Positions 1-10,537 of a DNA stretch of 44,272 bases are shown here, piece by piece. The notes under the pieces were generated by a model. It did no database searches. It was not told the DNA's origin and saw nothing but the letters and a program-made list of their open reading frames with translations. Source of the stretch: an uncultured bacterium. Its GTDB lineage: Bacteria; JAJVIF01; JAPKYR01. Both the position numbers and the translations under genes were made by a program. The stretch spans positions 1 to 44,272 of the forward strand of contig CBDURU010000018.1 in NCBI GenBank assembly GCA_965369865.1, given 5' to 3'. Every line of letters starts with the position of its first letter. Within the stretch, counting starts at the first letter, position 1.

Positions 1-71
1 GGGGACTCTCGGATCAGGGGACTCTCGGATCAGGGGACTCTCGGATCAGGGGACTCTCGGATCAGGGGACT
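1..71. repeat. 16-bp tandem repeat (GGGGACTCTCGGATCA) x4 plus partial, possibly truncated by window edge
   Basis: Exact copies at 1-16, 17-32, 33-48, 49-64; partial GGGGACT at 65-71. Confidence 0.95.
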
Positions 72-350
72 GGCTCGCGATTTTGCCGTGATGTATACCT
101 TGACTTTAACCGTGTGATCCCCGGCAAAATCGTGTGCCTGTCCCCGGTCTTCCCAGCAATAATCATATATCCAGCACTTAAAAAAGCACCATTCGGGACA
201 TGCCATATTTCTAGAATGATATACCTGACTTTACCATTGCATATCAAGGGAAAATGCCTCGTCCCCAAAATTCTATAACCTTCTTAAATTATGGGAGAAT
301 GCTTCCACCTATTTGTAATGATGAACTAGCGACCCGTTAAGATTTCCATC

Positions 351-1952
351 CTAGAATTTTGCCAACTCCTCCATCCCCGCATCGTCATCAAGAGGGATGG
401 CCTTTTCAGGTATTCGCGAAGCCGCTCTGGAAACAGGATTGAAACGATATGCGTAGTTTGAAGTCGTTTCATAAATTGATTTAATTCCCGGACCGGCATT
501 TCCCCATGCTCTTCTCCCCGACCCTTTCACAACGGATATTAATTCCCAAACCACGGATTTGAGCATATCCGCTTGAGAGGACATTTCCTCTGCAGCCGAC
601 GCGGATTCTTCAGAGCTTGCGGCATTTGACTGGATAGCGGTATCCATCACACTAACTGCATTGTTGACGAGGTCAATACCCGCAGACTGCTCACTTGATG
701 CGGTCGAAATTTCAGCTACCAGGTTGTTTACCTTCAGATTATATTCGCTGATCTCATTTAACACCTGCGCAATCTCGTTTGATATAGCTACACCTTGCTC
801 AGAATTGGCAACAGATTCGTTAATCTTTTCAGCAGTATCCCTTGCGGCTTCCGAACTCCTCTGCGCAAGGTTCCTCACCTCTTCAGCCACAACCGCAAAT
901 CCTTTCCCCGCCTCCCCGGCTCTCGCAGCTTCGACAGCCGCGTTTAATGCCAGGAGATTTGTCTGGAATGCTATTTCATCGATCACCTTTACTATCTTGG
1001 CAGTTTCATCCGACGAGTGCTTGATATCTCTTATGGAAGCCGACATGTTCCCCATTGACCTTACACCCTTATCACTCGCGACTCGGGCTTCCCCCGAAAG
1101 TCCGTGAGCCTTGGATGCATTTTCAGCGTTCTGTTTCGTCATTTTGGAAATCACCTCAAGCGAATTAGAGACCTCCTCAATGCTGCTGACCTGTGTAATT
1201 GCTCCATTTGCGAGTTGCTGTGAAGAAGACGCGACGACATCCGACGCCTGAGAAATCTGGTCGGCCCCATCCTCGAGATCCCCGATGATTCGATTGATAG
1301 TATCCGTGACCGAACGACTAATAATACTCCCAAGAAAAATAACCGCCACGAATGTCAATGGCCCTGCGATTAAAAGCCCAATTTGTAATAGCTTTACCCA
1401 TGCCGCTATCACCTTGAGACCGGTTGTCTGCTTACCGGATTCAAGTAAAATAAATCCTGTCAGTTTCTCCTGGAGGTCTTCATTGGCATCGTTGAAGTCG
1501 GTAATATAGACATTTCCAGCATCGGTCCCGGTTTCGACATAAGCCTGACCCATGACCAGCCCCAGATCGTAATATTCAGCTAACAGGTCTTCGATTTCTT
1601 CCAGTTCCGCTATTGCTATAACATCATTGGTAGTGCTGTATTTCTCTTTTAACAACGATACTTTTTCAAGGAAAGAATCCCTTGCTTCAGAAGTCTTTGC
1701 GAATTCATCACCATAACCAATCGTGCCCTTTGTCGCTGAAATTGTGGAAAATCCCCGTTGGATCTCGTTTAATTCAGAACTCAGATCCGCCGCATCCTGA
1801 GAAAATCCGTTGCTGCCCTCAATTACCTGATCCACATTGCGTTCAATTACTTTTGAGAAATTATATACCCCGGTCGAACTTATTGCGATTACTAACAGGG
1901 GAAGGGCAAATCCCAATGCCAGTTTTGTGCTTAACTTCAAATTCTTAAACAT
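351..1952 (-). CDS. Methyl-accepting chemotaxis protein
   Basis: Two TM segments flanking a helical sensor domain; hairpin-tip motif [38 protein letters not shown]-terminal ...ELAKF pentapeptide-like tail; GGAGG RBS. Confidence 0.96.
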   Translation of the reverse strand: MFKNLKLSTKLALGFALPLLVIAISSTGVYNFSKVIERNVDQVIEGSNGFSQDAADLSSELNEIQRGFSTISATKGTIGYGDEFAKTSEARDSFLEKVSLLKEKYSTTNDVIAIAELEEIEDLLAEYYDLGLVMGQAYVETGTDAGNVYITDFNDANEDLQEKLTGFILLESGKQTTGLKVIAAWVKLLQIGLLIAGPLTFVAVIFLGSIISRSVTDTINRIIGDLEDGADQISQASDVVASSSQQLANGAITQVSSIEEVSNSLEVISKMTKQNAENASKAHGLSGEARVASDKGVRSMGNMSASIRDIKHSSDETAKIVKVIDEIAFQTNLLALNAAVEAARAGEAGKGFAVVAEEVRNLAQRSSEAARDTAEKINESVANSEQGVAISNEIAQVLNEISEYNLKVNNLVAEISTASSEQSAGIDLVNNAVSVMDTAIQSNAASSEESASAAEEMSSQADMLKSVVWELISVVKGSGRRAWGNAGPGIKSIYETTSNYAYRFNPVSRAASRIPEKAIPLDDDAGMEELAKF

Positions 1953-2457
1953 TTATTGACCTCCATACACCTGGAAGCACAGTTTTAGCCCGACCGAACC
2001 CCTGTGTCAGGCATGCTTCCTCCTAAATTACTTAAGTATTAACTTCCTGGGTCCGGGAGCTAGGAATCTGAGCACCTGTCTTCCAGCAATCTCTCATTCA
2101 CCACCTCGCAGCCTCCACCACAAGGCCACGATTTGATTCAGGTCTTCATCCTCCCTATTGATGAAAAATTGAGTGTCTTTCTTAACATTAATATACATTA
2201 TCCGTGCCAAATTTTTACACCATGGAAAAATATTAATCCTGGCGTACTCACGCACTTGTATGACCCTTTAAATCAAGGGCTTCCAGAATTCTGGATTTAA
2301 ATCTCAATTCAAAAGGACCTGCACTCCTTAGTGAACATGAATATTTTGATTCCCCTAATGTCCCTTTTACCCATTTTGTCCTTAAGTTACAACTTTCTGA
2401 AACCTGTCCGGGAACCGTGCACAAATTTATCGTTCTTTATTCGTATTAAATTATCTT

Positions 2458-2492
2458 AGACCAATCCCTTCAATTAATTATTGATTCGTATC
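2458..2492. repeat. 35-bp dispersed repeat, copy 1 (second copy 20178-20212)
   Basis: AGACCAATCCCTTCAATTAATTATTGATTCGTATC vs AGACCAATCCCATTAATTAAATATTGATTCGTATC, 3 mismatches. Confidence 0.85.
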
Positions 2493-2511
2493 GGGCCCTG
2501 GCCGGATATGG

Positions 2512-2534
2512 AAAAGCCTCCCTCTCGGGAGGCT
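2512..2534 (-). terminator. Probable intrinsic terminator of the OMP gene
   Basis: Minus strand AGCCTCCC-GAGA-GGGAGGCT followed by a short T run, ~60 nt after the stop codon. Confidence 0.65.
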
Positions 2535-2595
2535 CATCCGTTTCCTGTAAAGGAAACCAATTGGTTTGCCTTGGCAGGTAATTACGGAATGAATG

Positions 2596-3333
2596 CTATT
2601 CTGGGTCCGAAACTTCAGCGGTTAGATCACGCATATCAGCTCGGACAGCAAGCTCGAGCACGAAGACATTTTCTTCTGTTGCACTGTCGCGCTCAACCCA
2701 GCCTTGGAATCCAATATGGTTGGCCCAATCATAGTTGAAGCCACCAGCCATGACGAATTCATTATTACCGTAGTTAGCAACGTCAAAATTGAACTGCAGA
2801 TCGTCGCTAATCCAGTATTTAAAGCCGCCAAAGTATCCATTATCATCGGTATCGAATCCGGTCGGATTATTGTATAAACCTGCATACACATCCCACCAGT
2901 TACCAACGAAATGGAGATCATGGAGTCCAATAACTCCGTACAAAGTAGGGTCTCTTCCAGTACGTTCACTGTTGCCGGTGATGCCCTCAGCACCGATCGC
3001 CAGTGATACTGGGAAACTTCCCCCGTACTCGTCGAGAACTTTGTACTTCAGACCAAGTTCCAGTGGGCCAGCCATACGGCTGATACCCCAGCTCATTCCA
3101 AACTCGAGGTTCTCATAAAGACATCCGAACAAGCGGGTGCTCATGTTGCGACCCCGAGCGAAATCCTCGTGATATCGTGCCAGAACGTCCCACTCAAATG
3201 TGCCTTCCTCAAGTGTATCGGTGATGGGGATGTTGTTGAGGTTGGTCAGATTTGAGCCTTGCGCATATGCGCTTGGAACAAGGACAATACCTGCAAGGAT
3301 TGCCAAGGAAATTATAAGGGCGAGTCTCTTCAC
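2596..3333 (-). CDS. Secreted outer-membrane beta-barrel-like protein (YjbH-like)
   Basis: GTG start with AGGAGG RBS; Sec signal ending SAYA; amphipathic aromatic-rich strands (LGLKYKVL, FGGFKYW, GGFNYDW). Confidence 0.7.
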   Translation of the reverse strand: MKRLALIISLAILAGIVLVPSAYAQGSNLTNLNNIPITDTLEEGTFEWDVLARYHEDFARGRNMSTRLFGCLYENLEFGMSWGISRMAGPLELGLKYKVLDEYGGSFPVSLAIGAEGITGNSERTGRDPTLYGVIGLHDLHFVGNWWDVYAGLYNNPTGFDTDDNGYFGGFKYWISDDLQFNFDVANYGNNEFVMAGGFNYDWANHIGFQGWVERDSATEENVFVLELAVRADMRDLTAEVSDPE

Positions 3334-3639
3334 GTCGCTCCTCCTTATCGTAGTAGCTCTGTGATAAAGTAGCCATGCCCTTGGATCGAACTATCTCAAA
3401 GGACATGCCACATCCCCAGGGCACGCCAATTAGAGAACTAAATTAAATCATATTAAACCTGGTTTTGCAACCCAGGTTTCCCCCGAATTATGCATCCTTT
3501 GTAACCCATTTTCCCTGCACTGTCAACCCTGTAAATCAAACTCCTGATACTTCCGTAACTTTCTTAATAATATCCACCCTGGAAACCCCATTTTTCCCTG
3601 ATTTCAACCCAATTTCCAGATCCTTTATTTTTTACGTCC

Positions 3640-4458
3640 TCACTTTAAGTATTCTTCCATGAGTATCTCCCTCGATAATTCCCTGGTGCCCTTGATCAGA
3701 TCTGTGCAGTCCTTCAGACTGGTTGGATTTGCCCCCCCGGTTCTGTAATCGATAAATACAACCTTTTCGCCCCCATAACCCTGCCATTTGGAGGGTCCGA
3801 GCCTCTGGGCGGTCAGATGCATCGTCCTGATTAAATACGCCTGATAGAAAACCTCCTGGAACGTCATCGGTTTGTCCATCAGGGCGTACTGACCGATAGT
3901 GTTCGCCGCTATAATTGTTTCGACACCTTCTCCCGCGAACAGTTCAAGCGGGAGATTGTAGATTCCCCCTGCGTCGTAATACATTCCGCTCCCCACTCTG
4001 ACCGGTTCAAAAGCCCCGGGCACCGAACTCGACGCGGTCAGGCATTTCGCGAGCTGCCCCTCTGTAAAACCGACCAGGGTACCGTTACAGATATTCACCG
4101 CGGCGATTTTCAGCTTCAGGGGAAGATCGCTGATATCGATATCCCCAAGGTGTTTCTTGAGAAATGCCTTGAATTTGTGAGGGGAAAGAAATCCCCGTCG
4201 GAGTATCGATGGCGACATTATCTTGGCCCAACTGAAATCCCGGACTATCTCCCTGATCTCCTCCGCGTTTTTCCCAACCGCCCAGAATGCCCCCATAACA
4301 GCGCCGGACGAGGTCCCGGTTATTACCCCCGGACGAATATCCAACTCCTCAAGAGTCTCGAACAGGCCGAGATGCAGAAAACCGAGCCCGCCTCCACCTC
4401 CAAGGCAGAGCCCAAGTTTCGGGTCCGGTTTTTTATCTGAGAGTGGCATGAAATTCAA
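3640..4458 (-). CDS. Patatin-like phospholipase (RssA/NTE family)
   Basis: GGGGGLG oxyanion loop, GTSSG nucleophile elbow, ASSSVPG, YDAGG catalytic Asp motif; start could be ATG at 4449. Confidence 0.9.
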   Translation of the reverse strand: MNFMPLSDKKPDPKLGLCLGGGGGLGFLHLGLFETLEELDIRPGVITGTSSGAVMGAFWAVGKNAEEIREIVRDFSWAKIMSPSILRRGFLSPHKFKAFLKKHLGDIDISDLPLKLKIAAVNICNGTLVGFTEGQLAKCLTASSSVPGAFEPVRVGSGMYYDAGGIYNLPLELFAGEGVETIIAANTIGQYALMDKPMTFQEVFYQAYLIRTMHLTAQRLGPSKWQGYGGEKVVFIDYRTGGANPTSLKDCTDLIKGTRELSREILMEEYLK

Positions 4459-4489
4459 CCTTGATCCATTTTCCGGTTACACAGCCCAC

Positions 4490-5962
4490 CTAACCCGGTG
4501 ACTGGTAATTGGCAAGGAAATACTCAAGACGCCTAAGCGTGGGTTCTTTTCCCACGTAGTACAAAGTATCGAAAATCCCGGGAGTGGCAAGCGAGCCGGT
4601 TAAAACAAGCCTCAGGGGCTGGGCGATCAGCTTGAATTTGATTTCCTTCTCCTTCGTATAATCCCTGACCACTTTCTCGATTTGTTCGACTGTCCATTCC
4701 ACGTCCTGGAGTTTTTTCTTGATATCCAGAAGCGCCCTGAAAGCTTCCCCGGTGACTTTTGCTTTCCTAAGAAGTTCATCCGAATATGATTTCGGGTCGA
4801 CAAAATACGGCTCCATTACCTCTTCGAGCTTGTTCAGGGTCTCAAGCCGGTCCTTGTAGAGCGATAAAAGCCCGGTCAGCCATTCCCTGGTACTCACATT
4901 CAAATCCGCCCGATCGACAAACTTGGTCAGAAATGGCAGGCTGAGCTCGAATAACTCCTCATCCGACAGCTCACGTATATATTTCCCGTTAAACCAGAGA
5001 AGCTTGTCCCGGTCAAAACATGCGGGGGAACTGGATACCTGCTCTAGGTTGAAAAGTTTCTCCAACTCATCTAGAGAATATATTTCCCTATCGGTATCAT
5101 CGTTCCATCCAAGCCTGACAAGGTAATTTACAAAAGCGTCCGGAAGGAAACCTTCCGTCTTGTAGGCCTGCACGTTCACCGCACCATGTCGTTTCGACAT
5201 CTTGCTGCCGTCCGTTCCGTGGATCAAAGGTATGTGCGCGAATTCAGGCAATTTAAGCTCCAGCGCTTCGTATACCAGGATCTGCTTTGGAGTGTTGGAT
5301 AGATGGTCCTCGCCCCGTATGACATGGGTCACCTCCATGGCAGCATCATCCACTACGACAACAAAATTATAGGTCGGGTGCCCATCGGCCCTTACAATCA
5401 CGAAATCCTGGATATCGTCACGCCTGAACATGACCTCACCGCGGATCAGGTCGCGCACAATAACCGGCGGGCCAGGCTGGATACGGAATTTAAGGCTTTT
5501 TTGTTCGACCGGGATGGATTTCAGCTCGTCCTGTTTCTCGTAACACCGGCATTTCGTGGATCCAACCTCCGCCTGCGGGGGGCAGTTACATTCATATGCA
5601 TATCCAAGTTCTTTTAGCTTCTGTGCCGCTGCATGGTGGGTTTCATTACGTGCGCTTTGAAGATACGGGCCATGATCGCCTTTTTCGAGGGAGGAATCGA
5701 GAGGGTTGCTTTCATCAACACCCTCATCCCAGAAAATTCCCAGCCAGTTAAGACAGTCCACAAGGTTTCTCAGGCTTGCTTCGGTACTCCTGGCCATGTC
5801 CGTGTCCTCAATTCTCAGGATGAACCTACCCCCATATCGTCGCGCGAACAAATAGTTAAAAAGAGCGGTTCTCGCGCTTCCGATATGAAGCTCACCGGTC
5901 GGCGACGGGGCGAATCGTACTCTCGGACCGGAATTTTTTAGCGTATTTTTTGGTGATGACAT
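4490..5962 (-). CDS. gltX: Glutamate--tRNA ligase
   Basis: RVRFAPSPTG, HIGS (HIGH-like), KMSKR, THVIRGEDH, anticodon-binding domain; start placed at MSSPKN (ATG 5962). Confidence 0.95.
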   Translation of the reverse strand: MSSPKNTLKNSGPRVRFAPSPTGELHIGSARTALFNYLFARRYGGRFILRIEDTDMARSTEASLRNLVDCLNWLGIFWDEGVDESNPLDSSLEKGDHGPYLQSARNETHHAAAQKLKELGYAYECNCPPQAEVGSTKCRCYEKQDELKSIPVEQKSLKFRIQPGPPVIVRDLIRGEVMFRRDDIQDFVIVRADGHPTYNFVVVVDDAAMEVTHVIRGEDHLSNTPKQILVYEALELKLPEFAHIPLIHGTDGSKMSKRHGAVNVQAYKTEGFLPDAFVNYLVRLGWNDDTDREIYSLDELEKLFNLEQVSSSPACFDRDKLLWFNGKYIRELSDEELFELSLPFLTKFVDRADLNVSTREWLTGLLSLYKDRLETLNKLEEVMEPYFVDPKSYSDELLRKAKVTGEAFRALLDIKKKLQDVEWTVEQIEKVVRDYTKEKEIKFKLIAQPLRLVLTGSLATPGIFDTLYYVGKEPTLRRLEYFLANYQSPG

Positions 5963-6163
5963 TTTTTCTTCCGTACCATCGATCAATAAAGGGGTTTTAT
6001 GATCGTAACACACATCCCTGCAATCCGGCAATCGGAATTTATTAATCCCCCTGCCGTTGCATTTTGAAGGGTATCAAGTTATATACAAAACATGTATCGG
6101 TAACTCTGGCGAATAGAGGACCGTATTACAGGCAGAATAATTGAATAGATAGAGGATACGCAA

Positions 6164-7324
6164 GTGATCTACCTGGATAACGCGGCCACAAGCTGGCCGA
6201 AACCCGCAACCTGCATACACGCAATGGAACACTTCATCGCGAAAATTGGAGCTAACCCAAAATATTCGCTCCACCAGCAGGCACGGGTCGGCGAGGATGT
6301 AATGGATGAAGCACGGAGTAATGTCGCAAAAATCCTCGGCGTGAAGCAGCCTAAACATATTGTTTTTACCCTGAACGCGACCGAGGCGCTCAATCGTATT
6401 TTGTGGGGTTATGCGGACCGCGGTTTCAGGGTTCTCGCCAGCCGTTTCGAACACGCGTCCATTACACGACCATTGTCCATTTTGAAAAAGAGACGCAGAA
6501 TAAAGGTCGAGCGGATCGGCGATCCGGTGACGGGAATTATCTCCCCCGATCACGTGCATGAGGCCTGCGAAAATAATCCTGCCAATCTTCTGGTCCTTAC
6601 ACACGCTTCCAATCTGACCGGAACCCTCCAGCCCGTTGATAAAATTGTCAGTGCCGCGCACGAGCACGGCTGTGCCGTACTTGCCGATGTGGCCCAGACT
6701 GCCGGGGTCCTTCCCATTAAGGCCGATAAATGGGGTGTTGATTTCCTTGCTTTTGCCGGTCACAAGCACCTTCTGGGTCCGATGGGTGTGGGCGGGTTTT
6801 ATGTCGCCAACCCCGACATGCTCGAACCTGTGATTGTCGGTTCTGCCGGTCCAAATGATGCTTCGGATGAAATCCCGACCGGCATGCCCAGCCGGTTGGA
6901 GCCTGGCACTCCAAACGCGCCCGGTGTCGCGGGCCTTGGAGCTAGTTGTCTCGGTTTACTGGATAAGGGAGTTTCAAATATCCGTAAAGAACACCAGCGC
7001 CTTACGAAAAAAATAATGGATGCGTTCAAGAACGTGCCCGGCCTCAAAATATATGGCCCGGCTGACGTCCGCAAACGGACCGGAATAATCGCGTTCAACA
7101 TCGATGAATTACGTCCGTGCGAGGTTGGCGAATACCTGGACCAGAAATTTGAGATTTTAGTAAGGACAGGGCTTTGTTCCTGTTACTGGGGGAATGAGTT
7201 AATCGGGACAATTCCCGATGGTGTGGTCAGGGCGAGCCTGGGCTATTTTACAAAGGATGATGACGTTGAACTCCTCATCGAGGCGGTCGGGATGATAGCC
7301 GAGGATCTTCCTCGGTCCGCGTGA
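6164..7324 (+). CDS. Class V PLP aminotransferase, cysteine desulfurase-like (atypical active-site loop)
   Basis: MIYLDNAATSWPKP, THASNLTG, DVAQTAG, FAGHK (PLP Lys), EPGTPN; RTGLCSC in place of RxGxHCA. Confidence 0.88.
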   Translation: MIYLDNAATSWPKPATCIHAMEHFIAKIGANPKYSLHQQARVGEDVMDEARSNVAKILGVKQPKHIVFTLNATEALNRILWGYADRGFRVLASRFEHASITRPLSILKKRRRIKVERIGDPVTGIISPDHVHEACENNPANLLVLTHASNLTGTLQPVDKIVSAAHEHGCAVLADVAQTAGVLPIKADKWGVDFLAFAGHKHLLGPMGVGGFYVANPDMLEPVIVGSAGPNDASDEIPTGMPSRLEPGTPNAPGVAGLGASCLGLLDKGVSNIRKEHQRLTKKIMDAFKNVPGLKIYGPADVRKRTGIIAFNIDELRPCEVGEYLDQKFEILVRTGLCSCYWGNELIGTIPDGVVRASLGYFTKDDDVELLIEAVGMIAEDLPRSA

Positions 7325-7354
7325 TCGAAATTTCCCTAGATATGGGTTCCATTT

Positions 7355-9232
7355 TCAATTCCCGAATCTGTAAATTTTGTCCACCGTTGCTACATACAAA
7401 TGCTCCGGACCGAGACGTAACCCGTGAATTTTGGTATCGAACGCCCTGTGAGCGATTTCAGTTCCTGATCCATCGAAAATGTATAAGTCTTTATCAGTTG
7501 TGAGTGCGATATTTCCATCCGATCCAATTAGCGGGGGTTTAGTAAAGATCTCTCCTGTACCCGGTCCGGTTGGCAAAGGAAATTCGCTGATAAAATTTAG
7601 GTTTGGGTCGTAAATTTGGAGGGTATCTGCGGTAATGACCGCTACTGAGCCATTATTTGTAATCGCTGGTCTCAGGTAAGGACCGCAATCGACTATAGTG
7701 CCGATCGATCCGTCCGGTTCGACACGCTTGAGCTGTCCGTTCGCGACTCCAATCGCGCCCCCGTCATCCGTAATCACTGCGAATGTAGAAGAAAAGGAAG
7801 GCAAAGAAGCTGTTGTGTCCCATCGTTGATTCATATTCAGGTCATAACAGTACAACCCGGCAATGGTGGAAACGTAAATGTTACCCGTGGGTTCATCGAA
7901 CGAGATTCCCCTGATTTCAGCCAGCAGATCAGTTTCATAAACAGTATTAAATGAACCATCCAGGAAGGCAATGTAGGTCGGTGGATCCCCAAATGTGTTT
8001 CCGCTACGGGCAAATGCAATCAGAGTGCTGCCGTCAGGCAATGGGAAAACATCGAAAATATGCATGCCGTCGAGTTCTCCAACCCAGTGATAATATATAT
8101 TCTCCATGATCTGATAACCCCAGTCGGCACTTATATGCTGCTCAAGAATTGGCCAGGCTCCATACTTGTTCAGACCGGACACGAAGCTTCCAAAACCGTT
8201 TACATAGATTGCAATATGCTGGTATTCCTCATCCTTTGATCTAATAATCGAATAAAGCCCTGAATCTGTCAGGACCATACCATAGCCTGACTGAACTGCT
8301 TCGCCGGCATCTTCCCCGAAAATGAAGGACCGTGTATATGAATGCCTTTTTTCCTCAATGCTAAATGAATAAGTGATACATTCATATTTATGACTGATAT
8401 ATAATCTCTCGTCCTCTGAGATTAAAAGGTCGCGGAATGAGTCATACTCCCCATACAATCCCTCAATAATATCATCACCTGCCAGATCGACAGGCAATGG
8501 ATACGGCGAGCGGTTATTCCTGTGATAATTGATCCCTTCAATCGGGTGTCCGCCGCCAAGATATTGTTCGGCGTTGACCGAATCAAGGACTGTGGTTGTC
8601 ATGGTTCTGATGATCGGCCCGAAATTATCCGAGTTAACAGTGACGCTGATCTCGACATCGGTATCGGAATCAACCCCGTTCGCTGTGTAAAGCGGTTCAG
8701 CGACTCCAGAATCCTCGAAATTCCCGACATCCATCGGATCGCTCGACCAGACGTATGTAATCCCCGAATCACCGCTCGCGGCTACGCTGTATGTCCATGA
8801 AGAATATTCATCATCCGATGATGAACCGGTGATCTCTCCAACCTCCAGCTCCGGATTACTTTGAGAAGTTGAATCCTCGATTGTGATATCTATTGATTTG
8901 ATAATTGGGCCATCGTTATCTGAATTCACCACTACTGTTATTACTGCAGGAGTATCAGTATCGACTTCTGATGCTGTAAAGTTGGTTGTATCGGCATTTT
9001 GTGGGGACAGGACACCGGAATCGGGAGGATCGACAGCCCACAGATAGGTGATACCGGTGTCGCCGGATGCGGTAATGCTGTAATCAGCCGAACTGGTTTC
9101 AAGAATGGTCCTAGGTCCGGAAATTTCACCAACGATGAGCCTGGGTCCACCTTCAATACCACCTCCACCCCCGCAGCCGATAAAAATTCCTAGTAAAGCT
9201 AGAAGTACGATTATTGGTATTCTGCTTTCCAT
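7355..9232 (-). CDS. Lipoprotein with two tandem Ig/PKD-like repeats and C-terminal beta-propeller-like domain
   Basis: Lipobox FIGC followed by poly-Gly; internal repeat VGEI(S/T)G...ASGD(T/S)GITY.W..DP...V.VNSDN.GPII x2; PQQ-like short strands; GGAG RBS before ATG 9232. Confidence 0.7.
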   Translation of the reverse strand: MESRIPIIVLLALLGIFIGCGGGGGIEGGPRLIVGEISGPRTILETSSADYSITASGDTGITYLWAVDPPDSGVLSPQNADTTNFTASEVDTDTPAVITVVVNSDNDGPIIKSIDITIEDSTSQSNPELEVGEITGSSSDDEYSSWTYSVAASGDSGITYVWSSDPMDVGNFEDSGVAEPLYTANGVDSDTDVEISVTVNSDNFGPIIRTMTTTVLDSVNAEQYLGGGHPIEGINYHRNNRSPYPLPVDLAGDDIIEGLYGEYDSFRDLLISEDERLYISHKYECITYSFSIEEKRHSYTRSFIFGEDAGEAVQSGYGMVLTDSGLYSIIRSKDEEYQHIAIYVNGFGSFVSGLNKYGAWPILEQHISADWGYQIMENIYYHWVGELDGMHIFDVFPLPDGSTLIAFARSGNTFGDPPTYIAFLDGSFNTVYETDLLAEIRGISFDEPTGNIYVSTIAGLYCYDLNMNQRWDTTASLPSFSSTFAVITDDGGAIGVANGQLKRVEPDGSIGTIVDCGPYLRPAITNNGSVAVITADTLQIYDPNLNFISEFPLPTGPGTGEIFTKPPLIGSDGNIALTTDKDLYIFDGSGTEIAHRAFDTKIHGLRLGPEHLYVATVDKIYRFGN

Positions 9233-9362
9233 GGTATCTCCAATAAATCTGACCGATGAAACAAGATAAGCATCCCACATATTATCTATTAATCTTAATT
9301 ATAACATACAAGTTTCCGAAAGCATAATAAAAAAATCCCACATCCTGGATGTGAGTATATAG

Positions 9363-9384
9363 ACGCACTGCCGTGCTGTTCTAC
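9363..9384 (-). repeat. GTAG-type REP (family A: GTAGAACAGCACGGCAGTGCGT)
   Basis: Same sequence as copies at 25711-25733 and 25759-25780; lies next to a terminator-like hairpin at ~9331-9355. Confidence 0.8.
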
Positions 9385-9415
9385 GGCTGGGATTTTGAAT
9401 TGGTTTTTTTTCTTA

Positions 9416-10414
9416 TTACACCAATTTATGCTCTACCAGAAAATCCCTGATTTCATCCTTTCCTAAATGGCCGTTTGTGTTCGTCGAATATGTCCTGAAA
9501 TTGTCGCCGCGTTTTTCGCCGAACGGTCGGAGTATGAACATATCATCACGCTCTTCGGTATATGCCGATTCATCGGGGGTTAACAATTCCTCGAATGTTT
9601 TCTCTCCCGCCCTGCGACCGGTGAATTTCATTTCAATCTTACCATTGCCTTCAGACCCACTGCCTTCAGATCCAACCATATCGATCAATACGTCGGCGAA
9701 ATCGGTAATTTTTACCGCCGGCATTTTCAGGATGAAAACTTCGCCGCCCGCGGCCTCGGCCCCAGCCCTTAATGTCAGGTGGACAGCCTGCGGGATGGTC
9801 ATTATGAACCGTTCCATATCCTCATGAGTGATCGTCACCGGACCGCCATTTTTGATTTGCTGTATAAACAGGGGAAGTACACTCCCGGCACTGCCGATCA
9901 CATTCCCGAACCTGACACTCGCGAACCGGGTCCGGTGGCTGCCCTTGTACAAATTCGCCGCGATTATCAATTTTTCGCTAAGGAGTTTTGTCGCTCCCAT
10001 TGTGTTTATGGGGCTGACGGATTTATCGGTGTTGATCGCGATTACCTTGTCCACCTCGTGGTCGAGCGCGACATCTACAAGGTTCTGGGTCCCGATCACA
10101 TTCGTCAGCACCGCTTCAAACGGGTTGTATTCACAGGCGGGGACATGCTTTAAGGCGGCGACATGGAAAATTATATCTATATCCTCGCACGCCCTTGAAA
10201 GCCGTTCCTTGTCGCGGATATCACCAAGCAGGAACCTTAAATTTTTATGTTTTACCCACTTCCGCTGGGCTTCGTACTGGTTGTTCTCGTTACGGGAGAA
10301 AATCCTGACAACCGATGGATGATACTCGAGCAGTTGCTCGACAATTTCGGAACCGATCGATCCCGTCCCCCCCGTTACGAGAATTCGTTTTCCAGAATAT
10401 GCGCTTTCCAACAT
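9416..10414 (-). CDS. CapD/PglF-like NDP-sugar 4,6-dehydratase (Polysacc_synt_2 family)
   Basis: GGTGSIG Rossmann motif, HVAALKHVP, NTDK, MGATK catalytic motif, VRFGNVIGS, GEK..EEL. Confidence 0.9.
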   Translation of the reverse strand: MLESAYSGKRILVTGGTGSIGSEIVEQLLEYHPSVVRIFSRNENNQYEAQRKWVKHKNLRFLLGDIRDKERLSRACEDIDIIFHVAALKHVPACEYNPFEAVLTNVIGTQNLVDVALDHEVDKVIAINTDKSVSPINTMGATKLLSEKLIIAANLYKGSHRTRFASVRFGNVIGSAGSVLPLFIQQIKNGGPVTITHEDMERFIMTIPQAVHLTLRAGAEAAGGEVFILKMPAVKITDFADVLIDMVGSEGSGSEGNGKIEMKFTGRRAGEKTFEELLTPDESAYTEERDDMFILRPFGEKRGDNFRTYSTNTNGHLGKDEIRDFLVEHKLV

Positions 10415-10537
10415 AATGGCCCTCCTGGCCGATAGTCAGAATCGAAAGATGTCGGGGAGGACACCACACGCTCCCTCGTACAATGTCCTCCCCTAATTAG
10501 TGGTCATTCCCACCTTTTTAAAATTCCATTCCAGGTA

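Noticed and set aside
1..71. CRISPR array
   Set aside because: Contiguous 16-bp units with no unique spacers; no cas genes in the window
6074..6769. 231-aa antisense ORF and other shadow ORFs opposite long genes
   Set aside because: Antisense or off-frame to well-supported CDSs, no motifs
9416..10414. Naming as pseB
   Set aside because: Catalytic motif is MGATK rather than the PseB YGATK; pathway identity unresolved
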